NCBI GenBank assembly: GCA_001821435.1
Contig: MHLP01000007.1
Coordinates: forward strand, 1,620 to 65,619
From: Candidatus Lloydbacteria bacterium RIFCSPLOWO2_01_FULL_50_20
GTDB lineage: Bacteria; Patescibacteriota; Minisyncoccia; Phycocordibacterales; UBA6899
Direction of reading: 5' to 3'
Length of the DNA: 64,000 nucleotides
The notes under the pieces were generated by a model that saw nothing but the letters and a program-made list of their open reading frames with translations, had not been told where the DNA came from and did not search any database. Of the stretch, positions 50,193-60,145 are shown piece after piece. Every line of letters begins with the position of its first letter. Positions within the stretch are counted from its first letter, which is position 1. The position numbers and the translations under genes were made by a program.

Positions 50193-50759
50193 ATGTTTTC
50201 CGTTCCCGAAAAAAACGTCGAGGAGCTGCACCTTGCTCCCAATCAGACCGTTGCCGATTTCGGCACCGGAAGCGGCGCGTATGCTATCGCGGCGGCAAAA
50301 GCGATGCGTGGCACGGGAAAAGTCTATGCCGTCGATGTCCAGAAAGGCATTCTCACGCGGCTCGAAAATACCTGCAAAGAATATGGTCTGGGGAACATCT
50401 CCTTTATCTGGGGCGACCTGGAAAAGCCGGAGGGGACGCGGTTGCGCAATGATTCTTGCGATGCGGTGATCCTCTCGAATGTCCTCTCGCAGGCCTCTGA
50501 TAAAAAGGCGGTCATAGACGAAGTCAGGCGTGTCCTGCATCCGGGCGGAATATTGCTGCTCATAGACTGGACTGCATCATTCAATAATATGGGCCCCGTG
50601 AAGGAGCAGGTATTTCCGGAAGCGGAAAGTCGGAAACTCACCGAAGGATCCGGATTTCTTTTCGACCGCTCGATCAACGCGGGGAATTACCATTATGGGC
50701 TCGTCATGAGAAAAGTGATCTCCGCGGCTGCAAAAAAAGAAGAACACATTCACGCATAA
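50193..50759 (+). CDS. Class I SAM-dependent methyltransferase
   Basis: VADFGTGSG, VYAVD, LHPGG.LL.IDW, HYG. Confidence 0.9.
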   Translation: MFSVPEKNVEELHLAPNQTVADFGTGSGAYAIAAAKAMRGTGKVYAVDVQKGILTRLENTCKEYGLGNISFIWGDLEKPEGTRLRNDSCDAVILSNVLSQASDKKAVIDEVRRVLHPGGILLLIDWTASFNNMGPVKEQVFPEAESRKLTEGSGFLFDRSINAGNYHYGLVMRKVISAAAKKEEHIHA

Positions 50760-50769
50760 GCATATCCAT

Positions 50770-52098
50770 ATGAAATTTCAAACCATACTCCTTGCGATCT
50801 TCGGTGTCGTAGCGGTTGTCGCAGTCGTTATATTTTCGGTCGTTCCGGTAAAAAATAGTTCAAAGAACCAGGGAACGGTCGGTGCGGTGGGCGGCGTGAC
50901 GATCTGGGGAACTTTCCCGTCGACGAGAGAGCTGCTCAAGGTCTTCGAGATATTCAATGCCGGATATAAAGACAGTTTTGCGGTGAATTATGAATTTCAC
51001 GATCCCGCCGTTTTTGACAATGACATTGTCGAGGCGCTTGCCTCGGGGCGCGGTCCCGATATTCTTCTTCTTCCCGACGATCTCGTGCTTCGCCATTCCG
51101 ACAAGATCGAGCTTATTTCGTATCAATCCGTACCGCAGGTCGTCTTTCAGTCGAATTTCATTCAGGCGGCGGAGATCTACATGCGCGACAAAGGGCTGAT
51201 CGCGCTTCCGTTCGCGATCGATCCGATGGTCATGTATTGGAATCGCGATCTGTTCAACAACGCCTCACTTACCGAACCGCCGCGTTACTGGGACGAGCTC
51301 TTGACGATGACGCCGAAATTGACGAAACGCGATCCGCAGACTTCCGATATCGTACAGAGCGCTGTCTCGTTCGGAGAATACGAGAATGTGCTTTTTGCAA
51401 AGGATATTCTTGCCATGCTTTTCCTTCAGGTGGGGAACCCGCTGGTAGCCGTTCAGGATGGAAAACCCTACTCGAAGATCGTTACATCGAACGGGAAGGA
51501 AAATGTTCCTGCGCAGAATATCGTCTCTGCGTTCCGCTTCTACATGGACTTTTCGAACCCCCAAAAGCCGAATTATACCTGGGGACGCGCGCGCCAAAAC
51601 TCGCGCGACGAATTCATCAACGGGAATCTCGCGATCTATTTCGATTATGCGAGCGCATACAAGCCTATCCAGGAGAAAAATCCGCATCTGAATTTCGCCG
51701 TTGCGCAGGTACCGCTTCCGCGCGGCACTAACGCGGAGATCACCTTCACCAAAGTGTACGGGCTCTCGGTGCTTAAATCTTCGCGGAACAAACAGACGGC
51801 TTTTGTTGCCGTACAGCACCTGCTCACAGATCCGTTGCCGGAAAGAAGTTTTGCGTCCGCTTTCGATCTTCCCCCCGTTATCCGGTCTTATCTGGCTCAG
51901 CCACCGACAGACTCAGCGCTTGCGGTATTCTATGATGCGGCGATCCGCGGCAGAACGTGGCTCGATCCGAAGCCTGAAGTGAGCAACAAGGCGTTCCGGA
52001 GAATGGTCGAGTCGGTTGCCTCCGGGCGGAATGACGTGAGCATTGCGATCGCCATACTTCACGGGGATATGGTTGCCGCACTCGCCCCATATCAATAA
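50770..52098 (+). CDS. Membrane-anchored extracellular solute-binding protein (sugar-binding family)
   Basis: N-terminal TM, IWG, GRGPDI, ALPF.ID..VMYWN.DLF, F.NG. Confidence 0.85.
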   Translation: MKFQTILLAIFGVVAVVAVVIFSVVPVKNSSKNQGTVGAVGGVTIWGTFPSTRELLKVFEIFNAGYKDSFAVNYEFHDPAVFDNDIVEALASGRGPDILLLPDDLVLRHSDKIELISYQSVPQVVFQSNFIQAAEIYMRDKGLIALPFAIDPMVMYWNRDLFNNASLTEPPRYWDELLTMTPKLTKRDPQTSDIVQSAVSFGEYENVLFAKDILAMLFLQVGNPLVAVQDGKPYSKIVTSNGKENVPAQNIVSAFRFYMDFSNPQKPNYTWGRARQNSRDEFINGNLAIYFDYASAYKPIQEKNPHLNFAVAQVPLPRGTNAEITFTKVYGLSVLKSSRNKQTAFVAVQHLLTDPLPERSFASAFDLPPVIRSYLAQPPTDSALAVFYDAAIRGRTWLDPKPEVSNKAFRRMVESVASGRNDVSIAIAILHGDMVAALAPYQ

Positions 52099-52107
52099 TC
52101 TTTTGCC

Positions 52108-52527
52108 ATGAAAAAAAATTTACATTTCATTCTCCCGATGATCTTCATGCTTATGGTGTTCTCACTTCCTCTTGTTGTATCTGCGCAAGGACAATGGAGA
52201 GGCATTGTCGTGTGTGGTAATACGAGCGGCGGAAATCAAGGCCTTGATAGTCAGCCGTGTACTTTTAATGACATCATCAATCAGGTAAAAGTAGTGATCG
52301 ACTTCGCGCTTTTCAAGATCGCCGCCCCGCTTGCCGCCGTCATGTTCGCCTACGCGGGATTTCTCTATGTGACCAACCGCGGAAATGAATCGCAGATCAA
52401 GCAGGCACACGAGATCTTCTGGAACGTCTTCATCGGTCTGGTCATCGCGCTTGCCGCATGGCTCACCATGAATTTCATCCTTACTTTTTTCCTCGGTCAA
52501 GACTCGGCGTTCAATTTCTTAAGATGA
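52108..52527 (+). CDS. VirB2/TrbC-like pilin 1 (with Cys pair)
   Basis: Signal ..VSAQ, C..C, YAGFLY.T..GNE.QIKQA, GLVI. Confidence 0.8.
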   Translation: MKKNLHFILPMIFMLMVFSLPLVVSAQGQWRGIVVCGNTSGGNQGLDSQPCTFNDIINQVKVVIDFALFKIAAPLAAVMFAYAGFLYVTNRGNESQIKQAHEIFWNVFIGLVIALAAWLTMNFILTFFLGQDSAFNFLR

Positions 52528-52568
52528 CCTTTTGCTCATACACTATCTTTCGCAGTAGTATTTGCTCT

Positions 52569-52931
52569 ATGTCCAAACAAAGTTTTTTTTCAAATGTTTC
52601 AGCGTTCATCCTCTTGTTTAGCGGTTGGGCCGTTGTTGCTCATGCGCAGACGTCAATGTACCAAAATCCGATTACCTACGGCGGTATTCGGACGATACCC
52701 GATCTTCTTATTGCCATCGTCGATCTGGTCTTTTTGATCGCCGTTCCCATTATCGTTATCTTTATCATCTATTCAGGATTTCTTTTTGTGACTTCAGGAG
52801 ACAATGAAGCCAATATCAAGAAAGCGAAGACGGTGTTCATGTGGACGGTTGTCGGGGCGCTCGTATTGCTCGGCGCCAAGGCGATCTCCGCGGCGATACA
52901 GAGTACTATTTTAAGTCTTGGCGCGACATGA
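52569..52931 (+). CDS. VirB2/TrbC-like pilin 2
   Basis: AHAQ, NPI, YSGFLFVT.G.NE..I.KAK, GALVLLGA. Confidence 0.8.
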   Translation: MSKQSFFSNVSAFILLFSGWAVVAHAQTSMYQNPITYGGIRTIPDLLIAIVDLVFLIAVPIIVIFIIYSGFLFVTSGDNEANIKKAKTVFMWTVVGALVLLGAKAISAAIQSTILSLGAT

Positions 52932-53299
52932 TCATTAATACAATAAAAAAATATCGCGTACTTCCATTTGTCGCCTCGACCGTGGTTTTGCTTTTTCCCG
53001 CAATTGTTTTTGCACAGCTCCCGCAGCCGACGGTGACGCTTTCCAATCCCGCTCCCGGTGCGGGATCAACACTTCAGGATTTCGTTTATCTGCTTATTGA
53101 GATCATCCAGTGGGTGGCGCTTCCCATCTTGGCTCTCTGTATCATCCATGCTGGATTTATCCTTGTTTCCGCCGGCGGCAATGAAGAAAAGATCACCAAG
53201 GGGAAGCTCTGGGTCATCTGGACCTTGGTCGGAGCGGCGATCATTCTCGGTTCTCGCGTCGTTGCCAATATCATTTTTGGTACGGCAAGCGTATTTTAA
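52928..53299 (+). CDS. VirB2/TrbC-like pilin 3
   Basis: VFAQ, LSNP, AGF.LVSAGGNEEKI.KGK. Confidence 0.8.
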   Translation: MIINTIKKYRVLPFVASTVVLLFPAIVFAQLPQPTVTLSNPAPGAGSTLQDFVYLLIEIIQWVALPILALCIIHAGFILVSAGGNEEKITKGKLWVIWTLVGAAIILGSRVVANIIFGTASVF

Positions 53300-53305
53300 C
53301 CATAT

Positions 53306-53674
53306 ATGATCTCACGATATAAAAAATTTCGGCAAATACTCCTCACGATCGCGGCTCTTTTCATGCCCGTTATCGCGTTTGCACAGGCGCCGACAAATTT
53401 CAGGGAGTTTGCCTCGCTTGTTGTCAGAATGCTCCAGAGCGTTATTGCCGTTCTTTTCGTGTCGCTTGCCGTCGGCCTCGTGTTTGGCGTGGTGTTGTTC
53501 TTGGCGAATGCCGATAACGAAAAAAAGCGCATGGAGATCAAGGGATATCTGCTTTGGGGTGTTATCGGTATCATCGTGGTTATGGGTATCTGGGGTATTC
53601 TTGAGACACTCAGTGTCAGTGTCTTCGGTCCCGGTGCTGTCGGCATTCCGCAGTTGAGGCCTCCCGCATTATGA
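53306..53674 (+). CDS. VirB2/TrbC-like pilin 4
   Basis: AFAQ, two TM helices, WGVIG..V..GIWGI. Confidence 0.75.
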   Translation: MISRYKKFRQILLTIAALFMPVIAFAQAPTNFREFASLVVRMLQSVIAVLFVSLAVGLVFGVVLFLANADNEKKRMEIKGYLLWGVIGIIVVMGIWGILETLSVSVFGPGAVGIPQLRPPAL

Positions 53675-54042
53675 AATACAGACATCTTACCTTGATCCAG
53701 TCGGGCGCCCTGTTTTTCGCTTTCCCGTTTATCGGCTCTGCGCAGGTGAATGACGTTTTTGGGCTTGCGACGCTGGCCTATAACATCCTCGTACGGCTCG
53801 GTTCGCTCTTCTGGATATTAGCAGTGATGCTTTTTGTGTGGGGGATCGTCAAATTCATCGGCAATGCCGGCGACTCGGCTGCGCATGCAGAGGGAAAGAA
53901 ATTCATTGTCTGGGGACTCATTGCTTTTGTGGTGCTGACGTCACTTTGGGGCATTGTGAACTTGGTTCTCTCAGACACATTCAACATCACCCCGGGAGGA
54001 CAGGTGCAATATGTCGATAAAACCGGCAATATCGTCAATTAG
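53671..54042 (+). CDS. VirB2/TrbC-like pilin 5
   Basis: FVWGIVKFI..AGD....EGK..IVWGLIA. Confidence 0.75.
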   Translation: MKYRHLTLIQSGALFFAFPFIGSAQVNDVFGLATLAYNILVRLGSLFWILAVMLFVWGIVKFIGNAGDSAAHAEGKKFIVWGLIAFVVLTSLWGIVNLVLSDTFNITPGGQVQYVDKTGNIVN

Positions 54043-54288
54043 CCGATTTTTTGCTGGTCACAGTCTTACTATTGGTGATTAGAAAAATGGCCTTAAATAA
54101 GGATTTTTTTGTGTTCATGCCAATTAGTTTACATGGCGGCCTAGTTGAGATCAACAAAAAGTCCGTTTTTGAGTAATCCACAGAGCCTTGCGAATAATCA
54201 TTGCCCCAATTCAACAAGTGGGCTATTATAAATTTATTGTTTTATAGGAGGTTGTTTGCAATTTTATTAACTTATTTTTCATTTAAAT

Positions 54289-54642
54289 ATGAAGAAAATT
54301 ATTACTGGTGCTCTGTTTCTCGGCCCGATGACGGCTTTCGCGCAGGGAACACCTCTCCTGAATACGGTAAATCAGATCAGTCAGATCGTGGGTCTTTTGA
54401 TCCCACTCCTTCTGGCGGTTGCGGTTCTTCTCTTTTTCTGGGGATTGGTCAAGTTCATTGCCAATGCTTCTGACGAGGCGGCAAAAGAGTCAGGCAAAAC
54501 CCTGATGATCTGGGGTATGATCGCCATCTTCGTCATGGTCGCTTTCTGGGGGATCATCGGTTATGTTCAGCAGTCGCTTGGTGTCACGGGTAGCGTTACG
54601 ACCACCGCACCGCCTGTCGTGAATGTTGTCCCTGCATCCTAA
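54289..54642 (+). CDS. VirB2/TrbC-like pilin 6
   Basis: AFAQ, FFWGLVKFIANASDE..KESGK.LMIWG. Confidence 0.78.
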   Translation: MKKIITGALFLGPMTAFAQGTPLLNTVNQISQIVGLLIPLLLAVAVLLFFWGLVKFIANASDEAAKESGKTLMIWGMIAIFVMVAFWGIIGYVQQSLGVTGSVTTTAPPVVNVVPAS

Positions 54643-54653
54643 TTTATCTGAAC

Positions 54654-54953
54654 ATGTTTACTCCTTTTGGAAACACGCTGAGTATCATCAGTTACTATGT
54701 CAGCTTATTGGTTCCGCTCCTTCTGGCGGTTGCGATTGTACTCTTTTTCTGGGGACTGGTCAAGTTTATCGCCAATGCTTCTGACGAGGCGGCAAGGGAA
54801 TCCGGCAAAAATCTGATGATCTGGGGTATGATCGCCATCTTCGTCATGGTCGCCTTCTGGAGTATCATCGGCTACGTTCAGTCATCGCTTGGCGTCAGCG
54901 GGAATATCAATACCGGTTCTGCTCCGACAGTGAGCATTGTGCCGATGACGTAA
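54654..54953 (+). CDS. VirB2/TrbC-like pilin 7 (close paralog of pilin 6, no signal peptide)
   Basis: Core nearly identical to pilin 6. Confidence 0.78.
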   Translation: MFTPFGNTLSIISYYVSLLVPLLLAVAIVLFFWGLVKFIANASDEAARESGKNLMIWGMIAIFVMVAFWSIIGYVQSSLGVSGNINTGSAPTVSIVPMT

Positions 54954-55107
54954 TTACCGTTATTGCCGATATACAAAAATCCGTCCGTTAGGGGCGGATT
55001 TTTGCTTGTCCGAATAGAGAACCGTTGTCATTCTTTAATTCTTTTAAGAGGAGTTTTCCCCCTATGTTTTTTGTTCGGCAATACTTTCTTGCTATACTGC
55101 ATACATA

Positions 55108-55422
55108 ATGAATATATTACTTCCGAACATCGCGCATGCGCAGACTAGGCCGCCCGACTCCGTTCTTGTTTTGGTGGGAAAAATCTCCACAGAGATATTG
55201 AATCCGATCATCGCCATTATGTTTTCGCTTGCGCTGGCGTATTTTATCTATGGCGTTGCGGCCTACCTCTGGAATCCCGAAAATGAAGAAGCGCGGACAA
55301 CGGGAAAAAGAGGAATGCTCTGGGGTGTGATCGGCATGTTTATCATGGTTTCGGTCTTCGGCATTATGCAGTTTCTTATCAGATCCATCGGTGCCGATCC
55401 TAATCTGATGAAGTATGTCTAA
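55108..55422 (+). CDS. VirB2/TrbC-like pilin 8
   Basis: AHAQ, ILNP, GKRGMLWGVIGMFIMVSVFGI. Confidence 0.75.
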   Translation: MNILLPNIAHAQTRPPDSVLVLVGKISTEILNPIIAIMFSLALAYFIYGVAAYLWNPENEEARTTGKRGMLWGVIGMFIMVSVFGIMQFLIRSIGADPNLMKYV

Positions 55423-55717
55423 CGGAATACTCGGAGTCATTGATATTGTCATCGCCCTCATATCTGCGATCATACCTGTCTTAGTCGGTTTTGCGGTTGT
55501 GGTTTTTTTCTGGGGAGTGGTCAAGTTTATCGCTCATTCCGGCGATGAAAAGGCTCTTCAGGAAGGGAAACAGCTGATGATCTGGGGAATGATCGGCATC
55601 TTCGTTATTGTTGCGCTCTGGTCTGTGGTCGGCTATATACAGATGTCACTTGGCCTCAATCTTGTAACTCCTTCGCGAACGGCACCGTCCGCACCGACGG
55701 TCATTCCCGCGATCTGA
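55415..55717 (+). CDS. VirB2/TrbC-like pilin 9
   Basis: FFWGVVKFI..SGDE....EGKQLMIWG. Confidence 0.78.
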   Translation: MSNGILGVIDIVIALISAIIPVLVGFAVVVFFWGVVKFIAHSGDEKALQEGKQLMIWGMIGIFVIVALWSVVGYIQMSLGLNLVTPSRTAPSAPTVIPAI

Positions 55718-55751
55718 GGCCCCACTCACCCTCGTTTTTCCGATAAAAAAA

Positions 55752-55790
55752 CCCTGTAGTAGGCCGCTTCCGAGCGGACTTACTACAGGG
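55752..55790. repeat. Palindrome related to the pth-element TIR; likely bidirectional terminator
   Basis: CCCTGTAGTAGG...CTTACTACAGGG between convergent genes, with A- and T-runs. Confidence 0.65.
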
Positions 55791-55844
55791 TTTTGCACTT
55801 TTGTTCGAGGGTGAACCCTCGATGGTGCTAATGTACAATTTGAG

Positions 55845-57095
55845 TCATCTTTTCCGAAAGAATCGCAGCATTATCTTCGGGATCGGCGGCGAACTCCATA
55901 TCCCAAAGTTATCACGATTGGGGAGGCTGTTCGGGCCGTAGAGATACGCAGTGAATGCCGTACCCCACGTGTCGACCTCCAGATAATAGTAACCGGAGAT
56001 CTTTCCGCCGCGGTCTTTCCAATCACCCACGCAGGTCTTTGACGCCCGCTTGTGGGAGACATATCCGCATGACCCCGGGGTACTTTTGAGTTCGATGTCG
56101 AGATCGGCGAATGCTTCCCCAAAACCGAGCGTCAAGTTTGCCGCATCAGTCACTTCTCGTCTTGGCTTTGGCAGGATATGGATCCTTTTTCCGTTCCACG
56201 CTCCTTGCGGAACGACGTACTGCGGATTCGCCGCAACATACTCCACCCACCAATTTTCTCCGAGATCCTTCGACGTCAAATTTGGTTCCCTCGGTACTCC
56301 CGGTGGGATGAGCGGATCCTTTGGTCCGCCCAATGTTTGTCCGGAGAGTGGCAGTTTCTTTCCGGTCAATTCTTCCCATGCTCCTTCGGGAGCCATGAAC
56401 ACATAGTAGGCACCGACAAGTAGGGTAGACAGGAACGCAAGCCGGAACAGCAGCATGGTTGTTGTCGTAAGACCAGGATATGCCGCTTTCTCTTTTCCGC
56501 CGTTCCTTATTTTGGATGCCATCCTCGCCCTTGCGACGAAAAGATAGAGCACCCATAATACTGCCGAGATCCACACCAGGTTCGGCGTGGTGATCAGTTT
56601 TGGACTGTACCACCACATCGCCCCAAGCATTGTCACCAACAATATCCATGTAACGGGATACGTCAGTGAATCAAGGAAAACATCTCCGAGGGTGTGGTTG
56701 GGCACCGTCTTGGTGATCGTACCTTGTGTCAGTGCTGCCGGACCCGACGACGGTGTTACAGATGTTACTGTCGGCCTTTTCCTGCGTGGAAGCTTCCTGA
56801 GAAGAATGACGCCTGCGATGAACATGATGAGCAACAGTGTCACCGCAAAGCTCCACAGAATGATTTTTGCAAGACTGCCGACGGTGTTTCCGGAAAAGAA
56901 GTAGGACAACAAGAGCAGTGAGATCATCAAAAGACCGAACACGATCCCTGCCCTATAACGTTTCATTCTTATTCCCTTTTCCTTTCGGAAGATACGCAGG
57001 GCGGACATGGTGACGCCTGCAAGATACTTCATTGTCCCCGCAAGCGCCTTCTGGAACTTCACCAAACGTTGTTTAACGTTGAGTTTTCGGAGCAT
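55845..57095 (-). CDS. Multi-TM hypothetical protein (alternative start at 56966)
   Basis: About 5 TM helices plus soluble C-terminal domain; coupled to the SPFH gene. Confidence 0.7.
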   Translation of the reverse strand: MLRKLNVKQRLVKFQKALAGTMKYLAGVTMSALRIFRKEKGIRMKRYRAGIVFGLLMISLLLLSYFFSGNTVGSLAKIILWSFAVTLLLIMFIAGVILLRKLPRRKRPTVTSVTPSSGPAALTQGTITKTVPNHTLGDVFLDSLTYPVTWILLVTMLGAMWWYSPKLITTPNLVWISAVLWVLYLFVARARMASKIRNGGKEKAAYPGLTTTTMLLFRLAFLSTLLVGAYYVFMAPEGAWEELTGKKLPLSGQTLGGPKDPLIPPGVPREPNLTSKDLGENWWVEYVAANPQYVVPQGAWNGKRIHILPKPRREVTDAANLTLGFGEAFADLDIELKSTPGSCGYVSHKRASKTCVGDWKDRGGKISGYYYLEVDTWGTAFTAYLYGPNSLPNRDNFGIWSSPPIPKIMLRFFRKR

Positions 57096-58245
57096 TCTTT
57101 TTGATCTCCTCAAGGATCTGCGCATTAATGGGGTCGACCTGCTGATCTCCCCCAACTTGCATGATGACTGTACCCGCCTCTTTTGCGACGTTGACTTGCG
57201 TTTGCTGGTCGATAAGTTTGAGGCCTAATGCACCTTGTGCACGTGCCTCTTTTGCCAATTCGCGCATATAACCCGCTTCAGCAGTGGCATCAGCGGCTCG
57301 GAGAGTTTTTCTCTTATCGGCTTCGGCACCAGCTTCGATTCTTACCACTTCGGCCTTACGGTCAGCAGTGTACTTCAACGTCCGCGACTTATCGGCTTCC
57401 GGGTCGGACATCTCCATTGTTTCGATGAGTACGCGAGAAACTCGAACACCGAAAAGTTTTTCGGTACCCGGGCCTTCGTCGATCTGGGTACTCACTTTGG
57501 CGAGGTCAACATTGAGCAGTTCGCGAAGTTCTGAGCCCTCCTCTACATCTTTCCCCAGTTCTCCAAGGAGTGTATCGAAGTCTCTCGCTCTCACGAAATT
57601 TCTTCCGCGGACTTGTATCGCAGCGATGGACTGCTGAAGCCACTTAATATCACCAAATGCGGATTTCCAGGGATTGATGATCTGGAAAGTCACTTTTCCG
57701 CGAAGAGTTGCCTTGACGTTTTCCTGTCTACCTGTGTCCGTATCGGTGATAGTGATGGAGTATGTCTGTTCGGAAAGCAGGAAATAGTCAGAGTTATCGG
57801 TGACGCCGATAACCTTGAGGTGACCGTCACTGCTCATCAACTCCTTGGTCCGTGCAAATTCGTATATGTAGATGTGTTCATTGAACGGATTGAAGAATCG
57901 ATACCCCGAATGACGATAGATGTAAGCGTCAATGCTTCCCATTTCCTCTTGAGGCGGCGCTTCGTTTTGTTGGAGTGGAACAATTTCATATTTATCTGGA
58001 GCTGTTGCACCCCCGCGCTGCTTGAATTGCTCACTATTGAGCAAACCAGACACTACTTTCCCGCCCCTCATTTTGAATTTGAATTTGTTCGGTCCGACCT
58101 TGGTCGTGGCTGCGAACTTGGCGGGATCATTCGGGTCATTTTCAAAGAATCTTGCAAGAATGGGAAGCCAGATCGAGACGGTAGCATGTGCGACCAAAAC
58201 GATCGCCAGCAACATTCCCATCAGCATTCCGAGTGCGATAAGCAT
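57073..58245 (-). CDS. SPFH/band-7-like membrane protein
   Basis: N-terminal TM, FGVRVSRVLI, AE-rich coiled coil. Confidence 0.7.
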   Translation of the reverse strand: MLIALGMLMGMLLAIVLVAHATVSIWLPILARFFENDPNDPAKFAATTKVGPNKFKFKMRGGKVVSGLLNSEQFKQRGGATAPDKYEIVPLQQNEAPPQEEMGSIDAYIYRHSGYRFFNPFNEHIYIYEFARTKELMSSDGHLKVIGVTDNSDYFLLSEQTYSITITDTDTGRQENVKATLRGKVTFQIINPWKSAFGDIKWLQQSIAAIQVRGRNFVRARDFDTLLGELGKDVEEGSELRELLNVDLAKVSTQIDEGPGTEKLFGVRVSRVLIETMEMSDPEADKSRTLKYTADRKAEVVRIEAGAEADKRKTLRAADATAEAGYMRELAKEARAQGALGLKLIDQQTQVNVAKEAGTVIMQVGGDQQVDPINAQILEEIKKNAPKTQR

Positions 58246-58347
58246 AATGCGCTCCTTCTGTGATTTGCCGCATATTACAACGAATTTCTGAAAAAACTGT
58301 AACAAAAAACACAGGAAAAGTCAAGGTTTCCCAAGTGTGAGTTTGTT

Positions 58348-58432
58348 TGGTGGGCAGGAGAGGACTCGAACCTCCATGGGTTACCCCGTTGCGTCCTAAG
58401 CGCAGTGCGTCTACCAATTTCGCCACCTGCCC
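58348..58432 (-). tRNA. tRNA-Leu(TAG)
   Basis: GGGCAGG...CCTGCCC-ACCA, loop CT-TAG-GA. Confidence 0.95.
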
Positions 58433-58521
58433 TTTTATTACTACGCTATGAATGGTATCCAAGTTTTTCGTCTTGCGCAAAGAAAAACACCGCAGCGGAG
58501 TTCCGTGCGGCGTCGGGTGTG

Positions 58522-58911
58522 CTAAAGTTCGAGCTCGTACTCCCAGTGCTCAATGGGGTTGCTCAAGCCGGACAAGCGAAAACATTGTGGAGTTTTGACG
58601 TCTGCGAAAGCCCTCAGAAAGACACCCTGTGCTGTTTCGGAATCTTCCTTGACTGAGTTCGCCATTGATTCGCTGCGGTAGGGTCGTCCTCCGATTATCA
58701 CTTTTCTCCAACGGCCCTTTTCATATACCTCTGCCATGGGGAAATAATAGTTGAAACGACCGATCAACTCGCTGACCCTTACTTGAACCACCTCGAAATC
58801 AGCGTAGTAATTCACGCCGAGTTTTTCGGCGATCTTCTGCAGTGTGTCTTCTGCTTCTGCTACAGGCACTGTCTCGGCAGTATTTCGCAGGCTTTTTCTT
58901 GCTGAGGCCAT
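58522..58911 (-). CDS. Hypothetical protein
   Basis: AAGGAG RBS, TTGACA promoter, 129 aa. Confidence 0.7.
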   Translation of the reverse strand: MASARKSLRNTAETVPVAEAEDTLQKIAEKLGVNYYADFEVVQVRVSELIGRFNYYFPMAEVYEKGRWRKVIIGGRPYRSESMANSVKEDSETAQGVFLRAFADVKTPQCFRLSGLSNPIEHWEYELEL

Positions 58912-59016
58912 ACTTGCTCCTTGGTTGGATTCTCTGAAACAAAACTACGAAATTTTTAGTTTGGTGTCAAGTATACGTATATCGTATATAGACTCAACAA
59001 AGCAGTAGTGCAATTT

Positions 59017-59512
59017 CTACTTTACTATCGATTGTCCCTTTGCAGATGCGTATTTAATGACCCCAACAATAAGCGAAATGACTCCAAATGATTGAAAAAA
59101 CCCAAACAGAAAAGTGGTTGTTATCATTGTGATTGATCTCGTGTCATAAGAAGCAGTGGGCATATTAGAACCGCCTACAAGTGAGTAAACAATAGATTGA
59201 ACAACGATCGGAATTAAAGATAAATGCAACGCCGCGCCACATTATACGTTTTGCGAGTTTTGTGTGCCGAGTAGCAATGTCCGAAGCCTGAGTGGCCCCG
59301 ATACTATTATTATCACTGTATATTAAACCAGTTGCGGTCAAAGCTCCTCCGACAGGAACAGTAAACATCATTAAAAATAAATAAAATAACCCCAAGCCTG
59401 CACCTGCACCTGCTGCAGCATCGTTATTAAACAGAGATGCAGTTAAGCCAAATAATATCGGAAGAACAGCAAATATCAGACCAACTATCCAAACCCAAAT
59501 TTTTCTATTCAT
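59017..59512 (-). pseudogene. AT-rich membrane protein split by a frameshift near 59222
   Basis: ORFs 59165-59512 and 59017-59229 give consecutive TM helices. Confidence 0.55.
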
Positions 59513-59575
59513 AAATTATACAACAAAGAACTTATGTTAATTTCTAGACATCGTTATTATAACGTTTTGTGATTG

Positions 59576-59648
59576 TGCCCCCGGGAGGATTCGAACCTCC
59601 GACCGTCTCGTTAAGAGCGAGCTGCTCTACCAACTGAGCTACGAAGGC
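59576..59648 (-). tRNA. tRNA-Lys(CTT)
   Basis: GCCTTCG...CGGGGGC-A, loop CT-CTT-AA. Confidence 0.95.
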
Positions 59649-59743
59649 ATTGTTAAGCTAACGACCTGCCAAAACAGCTACGAAGGCAGGCACATTAATT
59701 GTGTTTGTATTCTAGCAAATAAAGCTTGAAATGCAATCAAATT

Positions 59744-60139
59744 TTAGACCGTTCCGTCGTATGTCGACGTCTTTTCGGTTTCCCACGGAAAGATCACCCA
59801 ACATTTCTTCTCGCGAACAAAAAAGTGCGGCGCATGTTTTGCCGCTTTATTGTAGAAAATGCTGGCGACGTGATGATGTTCTCCGATCGATGCGAGCAGA
59901 CGCTCGATGGTGTTACCTTCATCGATGATGTCGTCAAGAATGAGCGTATCCCTCGTGATATCGTCGCGATTTAAGACAAGCGGAATGTCGAGAAGATGTG
60001 AAAGTTTTACGCCTGCGACTAGGCCGCCACGGGGAATGCCATAGATGTTTTTGACATGCCGACTTTTTGCCCATGCGGCGATCTTTTTACAGTCCTTTTC
60101 AAATTCTTCCCACGTATATTTTTCCTTTTTCATGTTCAT
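59744..60139 (-). CDS. Type I phosphoribosyltransferase (Gpt-like)
   Basis: GIPRGG, LILDDIIDEGNT, WVIFPWE. Confidence 0.88.
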   Translation of the reverse strand: MNMKKEKYTWEEFEKDCKKIAAWAKSRHVKNIYGIPRGGLVAGVKLSHLLDIPLVLNRDDITRDTLILDDIIDEGNTIERLLASIGEHHHVASIFYNKAAKHAPHFFVREKKCWVIFPWETEKTSTYDGTV

Positions 60140-60145
60140 GATCTA

